Source: an uncultured Collinsella sp. (GTDB taxonomy: Bacteria > Actinomycetota > Coriobacteriia > Coriobacteriales > Coriobacteriaceae). From it: DNA of 64,000 nucleotides. The DNA lies in NCBI GenBank assembly GCA_900545445.1, contig UQZH01000003.1, positions 9,638 to 73,637 of the forward strand, in the 5' to 3' direction. The notes beneath the pieces were generated by a model. It was not told where the DNA came from. It did not search any database and saw only the letters and a program-made list of their open reading frames with translations. Both the position numbers and the translations under genes were made by a program. Below are positions 56,383 to 64,000 of this stretch, piece after piece; within the stretch, counting starts at the first letter, position 1, and the number at the start of each line of letters is the position of its first letter.

Positions 56383-57099
56383 CTAGAGGCTCAGGGCCTT
56401 TTTGAGCGGTACGACGCGACGGCGCGAAACCGGTACGCGTTCGTCGACGCCCGTAATGCCCAGCTGGATAGCGCCCGAGGGAACCGTCTCGACGTCGGTG
56501 ACACACGCCAAGTTGACGATATAGCGGCGGTGAACGCGGAAGAAGCCAAAGTCGCAGAGCTTGGCCTCGAACTGTGCCAGCGAGGTCGTGGACAAAAAGC
56601 GGTCATCGACCGTATAAATACAGGAGTAATCGTCCTTGGCCATAATAAAGCGAATGTCGTCCACGGGGATGAGGACCTTGCGGCCGCCCTTTTCCACCGG
56701 GATGCGCTCGATGGTCACCTTGCTGTCCATGACAGGCTTGGCGCGTTGCATAACCTTATCGATCGCTCGATCCAGGCGAGCCTCCTCGACCGGCTTCATC
56801 AGATAGTCGACGGCATCCACATCAAACGCCTCGACCGCATGATCGCTGTACGCGGTTACGAATACGATCGCCGGCGGATTCTTGAGCTTATGCAGTGCCT
56901 CGGCAAGTTGCAGACCCGAAGCGCCAGGCATCGAGATATCGAGGAACACAACATCGACGCGGCTCTCCATAAGCATCTCGATAGCGGAGCGAACGCTCGA
57001 CGCTTCTGTGATCGTGCCGATCTTGCCCGTCTGCTCGAGCAAGAAGCGAAGTTCCGAACGGGCCGGGGCCTCATCATCCACAATCATCGCACGCAGCAT
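56383..57099 (-). CDS. LytR/AlgR-family response regulator (REC + LytTR)
   Basis: REC (MIVDDE...DVVFLDISMPG) plus a C-terminal LytTR domain (FFRVHRRYIVNL). Start ATG 57099 or TTG 57120. Confidence 0.8.
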   Translation of the reverse strand: MLRAMIVDDEAPARSELRFLLEQTGKIGTITEASSVRSAIEMLMESRVDVVFLDISMPGASGLQLAEALHKLKNPPAIVFVTAYSDHAVEAFDVDAVDYLMKPVEEARLDRAIDKVMQRAKPVMDSKVTIERIPVEKGGRKVLIPVDDIRFIMAKDDYSCIYTVDDRFLSTTSLAQFEAKLCDFGFFRVHRRYIVNLACVTDVETVPSGAIQLGITGVDERVPVSRRRVVPLKKALSL

Positions 57100-57171
57100 A
57101 GGGATAAAACCTTTCGTCAACTAACTACGTCGGGCATCCGCCAACTAGCGTTAAACCCGCAACCTATCATT

Positions 57172-58515
57172 CTACTCTTGAATGTCGAAGAGGCTCTCCG
57201 ACAAATCGAGATGCAGGAGCACTTTAGTGCCCTTGCCCGGGGCCGATTCGACGCGCGTATAGGAGTGCGGTCCATAAAAGCGATGGATGCGCTCCGAAAT
57301 ATTGTGCATGGCCACACCGGCGCCGCCGCCCTGCGGGGAGCTGGCGTCGGGACGGGCGGAGCGTTCGTCAAACAGTCTGGCAGCGGTGCCTTCGTCCATG
57401 CCCACGCCGTTATCGGCGACCACAATCAAAATCGCATCTTCGCCATCCCTGTGGACCGACACGTCGATCCTCAGTGCATCGTCGTCGCCCATACCGTGGC
57501 GCACGGCATTCTCGACGATTGGCTGAATTACAAATGCCGGCACCAGCGTGTCCTCGACGTCCTCGGACACGTCGAAGGTCGCCAGCACGCGATCCTCGCC
57601 AAAGCGCGCCTTCTCAAACGTCAGGTAGCGCTTGGTCTGCGCGACCTCGCGCGACACGGGAATGAGCGAGCCCGAATTGTCGAGTGTAGCGCGATAGAAC
57701 GAGGAGAACTCGCGCAGCAGCTCGCGGGCGCGCAGCGGATCGGTACGCGTAAACGACGCGATGGTGTTGAGCGTGTTGAACAGAAAATGCGGGTTGATCT
57801 GCGCCTGCAGGGCACGCACCTCGGCACGGGCCGTGAGCTCCTTTTGCACCTCGAGCTCGTGGATGGCGAGCTGCGTGGACAGGATCTCGGCAAAACCCGA
57901 GGCAAGCGCGTACTGAGTGCGGTCGACGGCACGCGGGGTCTTGTAGTAGAACTTGAGCGTACCGACGGTGCGGTCGCCCACCTTGATAGGAGCGATGATA
58001 CCGGCAGGAACATAGTTGTGCGAGCCATCCGAACCCACCACGTCCACCACACGGTTGAACGACTGGACGATACCGTGCTCGATGACGTAGCGCGTGGCAA
58101 GTGTGTGGATGGGCGAATCGGGCAGCAGCTTTTCCTCAAACTCGCCCGCGCAGGCCAGCACGTTGCTCTCGTCGGTGATGGCAACCGTCATGGCACGCGT
58201 CTCGGGCAAAATGCGCTGGCACACCAGACGCGCCGACTCCTGCGTCAGACCGCCTTTGATGTCCTCGAGCATGGCAGAGGCCACCGAGAGCGTCTCTTCG
58301 GTGTACTGCGAACGCACCGAATCGGGATTGAGCGTCAAATAGATAAAAATGCACAGAAAGATGCACAGCAGTGCGCAGGCGACCACGGTCGCGATCGGCT
58401 CGATTCCAGTCGCCAGGGCAAAAATAAAGTACACCAGCACGCAAATGGCGCAGACAACGGCAATCACGCGAAAGATTGATATTGAATTATCGCGCTGGGC
58501 GCGGCGGTCGATCAT
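57172..58515 (-). CDS. LytS/YehU-type sensor histidine kinase (His_kinase + HATPase_c)
   Basis: Two N-terminal TM segments, the H-box INPHFLFNTLNTI of the pfam06580 family, and GHKL ATPase motifs. The ATG overlaps the TGA of the upstream GT2 gene (ATGA). Confidence 0.8.
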   Translation of the reverse strand: MIDRRAQRDNSISIFRVIAVVCAICVLVYFIFALATGIEPIATVVACALLCIFLCIFIYLTLNPDSVRSQYTEETLSVASAMLEDIKGGLTQESARLVCQRILPETRAMTVAITDESNVLACAGEFEEKLLPDSPIHTLATRYVIEHGIVQSFNRVVDVVGSDGSHNYVPAGIIAPIKVGDRTVGTLKFYYKTPRAVDRTQYALASGFAEILSTQLAIHELEVQKELTARAEVRALQAQINPHFLFNTLNTIASFTRTDPLRARELLREFSSFYRATLDNSGSLIPVSREVAQTKRYLTFEKARFGEDRVLATFDVSEDVEDTLVPAFVIQPIVENAVRHGMGDDDALRIDVSVHRDGEDAILIVVADNGVGMDEGTAARLFDERSARPDASSPQGGGAGVAMHNISERIHRFYGPHSYTRVESAPGKGTKVLLHLDLSESLFDIQE

Positions 58516-59699
58516 TCAGTCCCCTCCAGGATGCTGGTCAGTTGTGCGTCGCGCCAGAGCCCGTCCATGATCTTGGGCCAGAAGCTCTGGAAACGCAGGT
58601 AGCTTGCGGCGTTTTGGCGCGCGTAGGTCTTGGCCTCGTCAATACCGTGACGCCAAATGCGCAGGTATCCCTCGTGCTCGCGGGTAAACATGCTGCGGAC
58701 CATGGCGGTCTTGCGCACGCGGTCGTCGAGCTCGCGCGAAATCCACGGGCCCGGATAGGGCATGAGTGACGCGGCCGTGACGGGAACGAGCTCCTGCTGG
58801 TGCGCGGCAAATGTCAGCTTGGCACGCTCGTAGTACCAACGGTACACGTCCTGCATAAAGCGCGGCGAGCGCTTCTCGGACTCGGGCGGCAGGTGACGAA
58901 CGACCCACTCGTTGTCAAACCACACGTCGTAGCCAAACATGCGCATGTTAAAGAGGTAATCTAGGTCCTCGCCTCGGGTGATAAACGGGTCAAACGCCAC
59001 ACGGGTAAAGGCGCGGGCATGAAGCGCCACAAGGCCGCCGCACACGTAGTTTGAACGAGAGATACGGGTGCCCGAGAGCGCCTTTTTCATCCAGCGATTA
59101 AACTCGATGCGTTTGGTCCACCAACGATGGCAAATGCCCACCTTGTCTGTGGGCGCCAACGGCGATCCGTCTCGATCGTAAAAGTAACCGCTCTTAACCA
59201 AAATCGGCAGGCCTTGACGCGTCTGCTGGCCCAGTGCATAGGTCGCGCGCTTCATAAAGTCGGCATCGATAACGGTCTCGTCGTCATCCAAAAAGACAAC
59301 GGCATCGTGGCCGAGCACCGCAGCGCAGGCAAGCCCCATATTGCGAATGGCGCCGTATCCGCGCAGACTCACGCACTCGCCCGAGCCCTTGGGAGCAATC
59401 TGCGCCACACGGTCGGCGATACGCGATGCCTGGGTGTTGGTAACCACGGTGACCTTGAGCGTAGGGTGCGCGTCGACGATTTCGTGGACACGCTTCGACA
59501 CATCAGCCGTGGCCGAGATGGGACAGACCACCAAAAGGATAATCCTCGGAATGTCGCGCACCTGCTCGAGCGAGGCCAGGCAGCGGTCGAGCTCGGGATT
59601 GGTGGCGTTGAGCTTCGTCGAGTGGTCATAGACGCCGGGAGCGTTTGCATGGGCCTCGTCGTCTGCCCAATATGTTGGAATCACAACCGTGGCGTTCAT
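58512..59699 (-). CDS. Family-2-like glycosyltransferase
   Basis: N-terminal GT-A fold signature (VVIPTYW...; FLDDDE DxD-like). GGGAGGGAAGG RBS at MNATVV. Confidence 0.65.
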   Translation of the reverse strand: MNATVVIPTYWADDEAHANAPGVYDHSTKLNATNPELDRCLASLEQVRDIPRIILLVVCPISATADVSKRVHEIVDAHPTLKVTVVTNTQASRIADRVAQIAPKGSGECVSLRGYGAIRNMGLACAAVLGHDAVVFLDDDETVIDADFMKRATYALGQQTRQGLPILVKSGYFYDRDGSPLAPTDKVGICHRWWTKRIEFNRWMKKALSGTRISRSNYVCGGLVALHARAFTRVAFDPFITRGEDLDYLFNMRMFGYDVWFDNEWVVRHLPPESEKRSPRFMQDVYRWYYERAKLTFAAHQQELVPVTAASLMPYPGPWISRELDDRVRKTAMVRSMFTREHEGYLRIWRHGIDEAKTYARQNAASYLRFQSFWPKIMDGLWRDAQLTSILEGTE

Positions 59700-59869
59700 G
59701 CCTTCCCTCCCTGCAACACAAAAACGGGGCGCCGCCAAACACAGGCGACGCCCCGCGACCTAGCTGATTCCATCATACCCACTTGGGCAAATCATTGCTC
59801 GCAAGTCGCAATGTTTATTGCGGATAACCCCAAAAGAGTACCGCGGACAGGCCCAATAGCCGCTCGCTC

Positions 59870-61129
59870 CTATGCGGTCTGCTCTGCCGCCTGAGTCATG
59901 CGGGACAGACGAACCAGCAGCATAAAGCCAACGATCAGCAGCACGCCAATGGAAAGGACGCCCAGCGACGGGTTGCCGGTCAGCGAGGTGACGACCGACA
60001 CCAGGAAGGTGCCCATGACGCTTGCATAACGACCAAAGATGTCAAAGAAGCCGTAGTACTCGTTGGACTTTTCCTTGGGGATAATGCGGCCAAAGTAGCT
60101 ACGGCTGAGCGCTTGCACGCCGCCTTGGAACAGGCCGACCATAATGGCAAGCACCCAAAATTCGAAGGCGGTCTTTAGGAAGAATGCGGCGAACAGCACA
60201 ATGCCCATGTAGGCGGCGACGGCCACCAGGATCATGTTGAGCGTGCCCACGCGTCCGGCGAGCTTGCCGTAGATGATAGCAGACGGAAAGGCCACAAACT
60301 GCGTAACGAGCAGCGCCAGCACCAGCTGGGTCGAGTCGATGCCTAAAGCCGAGCCGTAGCTGGTAGCCATGGAAATGACCGTGTGGACGCCATCGATATA
60401 GAAGAAGAACGCGATCATGTAGACCAGCACGGTCTTGTTGTGGGCGATCTCGCGCATGGTGTGTCCGACCTCGGAGAACACACCGCCCACGATGTGGCCG
60501 ATGGTGTCCTCGGGACCGCGCTCGCGACCGTACTTTTGCTTATAGGTGCGAATGAGCGGCAGGGTAAAGATGAGCCACCAGGCACCAGTGATGATAAACG
60601 ACAGACGCGTTGCCAGCATGGTGGGGACGCCAAGAGCGGGGCCACCCATGATGAGCGCCAGGCAGATGATGAACGGCACGGTGGAACCGATGTAGCCCCA
60701 GGCATAGCCCGAGCTGGACACGGCGTCCATGCGCTCGTCGGTGGTAATGTCGGGCAGCATGGCGTCGTAGAACGTCATAGAAGAGTTAAGGCCGATGGTG
60801 CACAGCACGTACACGGTCAAAAATGCCATGGCGGACATTGGGATAGCCTGCGCCAGGCAAAGAACCAGGCCCGTGAGGAAGAAGCCCAAGAAGAACTTGA
60901 TTTTGTTGCCGGCGTAATCGGCAAGCGCGCCCAGAATGGGCATGAGCATGGCAATGACCAGCGAAGCGATCGTCTGAGCGTTGCCCCAAGCGACCACCAG
61001 ATCTGCCGAGGAAGCACCAGTATTGATGGCGTTAAAGTAGATGGGCACCACCGAGGTATTGAGCAACACGAGGGCCGAATTGCCCACATCGTACATAACC
61101 CAGTTACGCTCGAGCTTGGTGTATTTCAT
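59870..61129 (-). CDS. MFS transporter
   Basis: 12 predicted TM helices with MFS-type loop motifs. Confidence 0.8.
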   Translation of the reverse strand: MKYTKLERNWVMYDVGNSALVLLNTSVVPIYFNAINTGASSADLVVAWGNAQTIASLVIAMLMPILGALADYAGNKIKFFLGFFLTGLVLCLAQAIPMSAMAFLTVYVLCTIGLNSSMTFYDAMLPDITTDERMDAVSSSGYAWGYIGSTVPFIICLALIMGGPALGVPTMLATRLSFIITGAWWLIFTLPLIRTYKQKYGRERGPEDTIGHIVGGVFSEVGHTMREIAHNKTVLVYMIAFFFYIDGVHTVISMATSYGSALGIDSTQLVLALLVTQFVAFPSAIIYGKLAGRVGTLNMILVAVAAYMGIVLFAAFFLKTAFEFWVLAIMVGLFQGGVQALSRSYFGRIIPKEKSNEYYGFFDIFGRYASVMGTFLVSVVTSLTGNPSLGVLSIGVLLIVGFMLLVRLSRMTQAAEQTA

Positions 61130-61230
61130 GGACAGGGCCCCTTCGTATTCGCCCGATATGCAGTTAGTTCATCGTACCCCAATTGCACAGAAGCGCTGGT
61201 AAGGATTCGGCAAAGGGGCACGCACGGGTC

Positions 61231-62175
61231 CTACTCCTCGCGGTCGAACTCCTCGTCGGCGTCGAGTACGCGACCGCTATAGTTGATATGGCCGGTCACG
61301 GCATCCATGTCACCAGTCTCGATAAAGCGGGCGACGGTGAGCTCGTAATCGAGCAGCGCGCGGTCAAAGACCTCGGGGAAGCTCTCGGTCGAGACCTCAT
61401 CGGTAAAGGGGTTCTTCCATGTCAGGTGGCCCAGGTTACCGGTGCGCTCGGGCAGTTCCGTCGTCACGCGATGAGCAAGGCCGTCGAGCAGCGAGTAGTC
61501 GTGCACCAAGCCCTCAACCAGGGCAATCGCGCGCGTCTTTACCGAGCCGGCAGGCTCAATGGTGCGATAGAGCATCTGCATGTCCGAGACGGCGCCGGCG
61601 TACTCCCCCGCCGGGATGTCGATGCCGTACACGAGCCCGGCAACGTAGCTCATCAGCACACCGGCCACGCGATTGATGCGGTCGGTAGTGACGATCTCGC
61701 CCGCCGGCGGATAATCCTCGACCGTGGCACCGTCGCGCTTGAGCTGTAGCATCAGCACGTCCAGGTCACTTTCGAGCACGGCATGTACCTGGCTGCCCGA
61801 AGCCTCGAGCTCGGGATCGGATTCGACAATGCCAAACTGCTGCTCGTAGACAAAGGGGTGGGCATTGCGGTCGAGCACATAGTGCGACAGCAGGCCCAAC
61901 GCAAAGGCACGACCTAGATTGGCATCGCGCGGCTGCAGGTGTGACACGCCGTCGCGCAGGCACGAGAACTGGCGCGACATGCGCGAGCGGTGCATGACCT
62001 GGGCAAGCAGCATGCAGTCGGAAATGCGCGGCGTGAGTATGTGGAAGAAAAACGGGTCGGGGCCCTGGTTGCCCAGGATAAAGGCGATGCGCTCCTCGTC
62101 GGACGTAATAACGCCCTGCGGAAGACGGTCGATGCTTTCCTCGCCAAACAGATGATGCGTAATGAGCGCGGGCAT
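61231..62175 (-). CDS. Zinc-dependent phospholipase C-like family protein
   Basis: N-terminal ITHHLFG and an H-rich block typical of the 'zinc dependent phospholipase C' superfamily. GAAAGGA RBS at MPALITH. Confidence 0.55.
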   Translation of the reverse strand: MPALITHHLFGEESIDRLPQGVITSDEERIAFILGNQGPDPFFFHILTPRISDCMLLAQVMHRSRMSRQFSCLRDGVSHLQPRDANLGRAFALGLLSHYVLDRNAHPFVYEQQFGIVESDPELEASGSQVHAVLESDLDVLMLQLKRDGATVEDYPPAGEIVTTDRINRVAGVLMSYVAGLVYGIDIPAGEYAGAVSDMQMLYRTIEPAGSVKTRAIALVEGLVHDYSLLDGLAHRVTTELPERTGNLGHLTWKNPFTDEVSTESFPEVFDRALLDYELTVARFIETGDMDAVTGHINYSGRVLDADEEFDREE

Positions 62176-62267
62176 AATGATCCTTTCGATTTCATTCGAT
62201 GTCACCCATTATGCCCACCGCACGGTCATGCCAAACCTGCGGTGGTAAACGATGGCATGCAGACCGC

Positions 62268-63002
62268 CTACGCAAGCCCCAGGTGCGCTTTAACCTCGGC
62301 AGCACGACGACGGGACACGGGCACCGTCGAGGTTACGCGATCGAGCCTGAGCTCCATAAGACCCGTAGAGCCGATCTCGACATTGTGCACGTCTTCCAAA
62401 TTGACCAGATAGCTGCGGTGGACACGGATAAACCCCTCGGAGGCCAGGCGCCGCTCGAGCGAGGAAATCGACTCATTGATCAGGTATGTCCCCTCGGCGC
62501 AGACGGCGTTGCAAAAATCGGCGCGCGCCTCAAAGTAGCAGACATCCGCCACGGGAATGAACACCCTTTTGCCCCCACGATCAACCGTCAGGCGCAAAGG
62601 CTGGCGCGGAGCATGAACGACACGGCGAGCGCCCAGGGCAGCCTCGATCTTGTCGAGTGCCTTTGACAAGCGGGCATCCTCGACCGGTTTGACAATGTAA
62701 TCGACAGCATCGAGGTTATAGGCATCAGCCGCATACTCGGCAAATGCCGTAACAAACACCACGACCGGCGGCGTCTTTAGGTTCTGCAGCGTCTCGGCAA
62801 GCTCAATTCCCGAGCGGCCGGGCATGGTAATGTCTAAAAACAGCACGTCGGGCTTGTTCGTCAGAATCGACTCCACGGCTTCGGTGACATTGCCCGCCTC
62901 GGCAATCTGACCCACACGCGCATCCTTTTCCAACAGATAGCGTAGCTCGGCCCTAATGGGAGGCTCGTCATCAACCACCAAGATGTTCCAGCCTTCGGAC
63001 AT
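62268..63002 (-). CDS. LytR/AlgR-family response regulator (REC + LytTR), paralog of 56383..57099
   Basis: ILVVDDEPPIRAEL...FLDITMPG and LytTR FIRVHRSYLVNL. Confidence 0.8.
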   Translation of the reverse strand: MSEGWNILVVDDEPPIRAELRYLLEKDARVGQIAEAGNVTEAVESILTNKPDVLFLDITMPGRSGIELAETLQNLKTPPVVVFVTAFAEYAADAYNLDAVDYIVKPVEDARLSKALDKIEAALGARRVVHAPRQPLRLTVDRGGKRVFIPVADVCYFEARADFCNAVCAEGTYLINESISSLERRLASEGFIRVHRSYLVNLEDVHNVEIGSTGLMELRLDRVTSTVPVSRRRAAEVKAHLGLA

Positions 63003-63040
63003 ATGCGCTTCCCCTCTTTTTCTCTCAATCCAACCGCGTG

Positions 63041-64000
63041 CTACACCGTTAGCGGCGCCGGCTCATGCGGCTCGCCGTTCAACTCTACGATGACCTGTGT
63101 TCCCACGCCCTCCTGGGACTTCACGCGCATGCCAGAATCTTCTCCGTAAAAGAAATGGATGCGCTGAAGCACGTTGAAGAGCGCCAGGCCGCAACCTCGT
63201 TTGATGGAGCCGTCGGCGGTAATGCTCTCGGGCTCCTCTCGGCGATGCTGCTCAAACAGATGCGCGCAGACTTCTTCGCCCATACCGATGCCGTCATCTT
63301 CGACGATGATCTCCAAGCCGTCATCGGTCTCAAAAGCCCTAACACGAATAGAAAGCGGCTCGGTCTCGCGCTGCGCATGCTTGATGCAGTTTTCGAGCAG
63401 CGGCTGCAAGATAAACGGCGGCACCAGGCTGTCGCGCACCTCAAAGTCGATGTCGACCGAAACGCGCAGACGGCCGTCGCCATACCGGGCCTGCATAAGA
63501 TTGATATAACGAGTGCCCTGTTCCACCTCGTGCTCGAGCGTGGTGAGCGTATCGGAATCAGAAAGCGTCTGACGATAGTAGTTGGAAAAGTCGATCAGCA
63601 GCGATCGTGCCTTGTCGGGCTCGGTTCGAACGAGCGACACGATCGTGCTAATGGTATTGAATAGAAAATGCGGATCGACCTGCGACTGCAGGGCGCGAAG
63701 CTCAACGCGGGCCGTGAGCTCGTCCTGGCGCTCGAGCTCAAAGCTGGCGAGCTGCGTGGAAATGAGGTCGGCAAAACCCGAGGCAAGGGCCGTCTGGCGC
63801 ATATCGATGCTGCTCAGGCGGGGGTAATACAGCTCGAGTGTGCCCACGCAATGCCCACGCACGGTAAGCGGCGCGACAATGCCGGCGCGCAGGCGGGGAA
63901 AATAGCCGCCCGTCTCATTGGAGGCGTCACGCGAAAACGCGCTCTGCTCGCCCGTCTCAATCACGTTAAGTGTGGTCTTGAGCACGACCGGGGTGCCGGC
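63041..64000 (-). CDS. LytS/YehU-type sensor histidine kinase, paralog (5' end beyond window)
   Basis: H-box VDPHFLFNTISTI and a GHKL domain. The reading frame remains open to the window edge. Confidence 0.75.
   Translation of the reverse strand, partial: AGTPVVLKTTLNVIETGEQSAFSRDASNETGGYFPRLRAGIVAPLTVRGHCVGTLELYYPRLSSIDMRQTALASGFADLISTQLASFELERQDELTARVELRALQSQVDPHFLFNTISTIVSLVRTEPDKARSLLIDFSNYYRQTLSDSDTLTTLEHEVEQGTRYINLMQARYGDGRLRVSVDIDFEVRDSLVPPFILQPLLENCIKHAQRETEPLSIRVRAFETDDGLEIIVEDDGIGMGEEVCAHLFEQHRREEPESITADGSIKRGCGLALFNVLQRIHFFYGEDSGMRVKSQEGVGTQVIVELNGEPHEPAPLTV

Overview
This is a high-GC (roughly 60%+) Gram-positive chromosomal segment. Its gene content looks Coriobacteriia/Actinobacteria-like, which is an inference from the families present. 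Almost all genes are on the minus strand.

Gene content:
- Carbohydrate module (8.6-17.3 kb and 27-41 kb): two mannose-family PTS operons (IIA/IIB/IIC/IID and IIAB/IIC/IID), six paralogous double-SIS FrlB/AgaS-like deglycase/isomerase genes, a PfkB sugar kinase, five GntR/HutC regulators, a DMT transporter, a HAD hydrolase and a YitT-family protein. This looks like an Amadori/amino-sugar catabolic hub.
- Housekeeping block (42-56 kb): ltaE-like aldolase, PAP2, mfd, nth, ABC exporter, rmuC, rubrerythrin, MutY-like glycosylase, Rrf2 regulator, tRNA-Asp.
- Other genes: hicAB TA pair, M16 peptidase, 5-FCL, metA, ldh, recQ, and two LytS-like/LytTR two-component systems, one preceded by a GT2 glycosyltransferase.

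Most unusual observations:
1. A YcgR/PilZ c-di-GMP receptor gene lies 5 nt upstream of, and on the same strand as, a membrane-anchored TasA-like protein gene, with two secreted paralogs nearby.
2. An AbiEi-wHTH/DUF559 gene is bracketed by ~120-bp direct repeats that carry TCCACGCTC box arrays.
3. A ~1 kb SIS gene is duplicated with near-perfect identity, bounded exactly by its start and stop codons, and one copy sits next to an orphan truncated IIC.
4. There are many dispersed intergenic repeat families: a ~50-bp REP-like hairpin (x4), a 135-bp 3' element (x2), iteron-like TTATCTCTC arrays, and long perfect nested palindromes.

No CRISPR array, rRNA gene or obvious prophage was seen.
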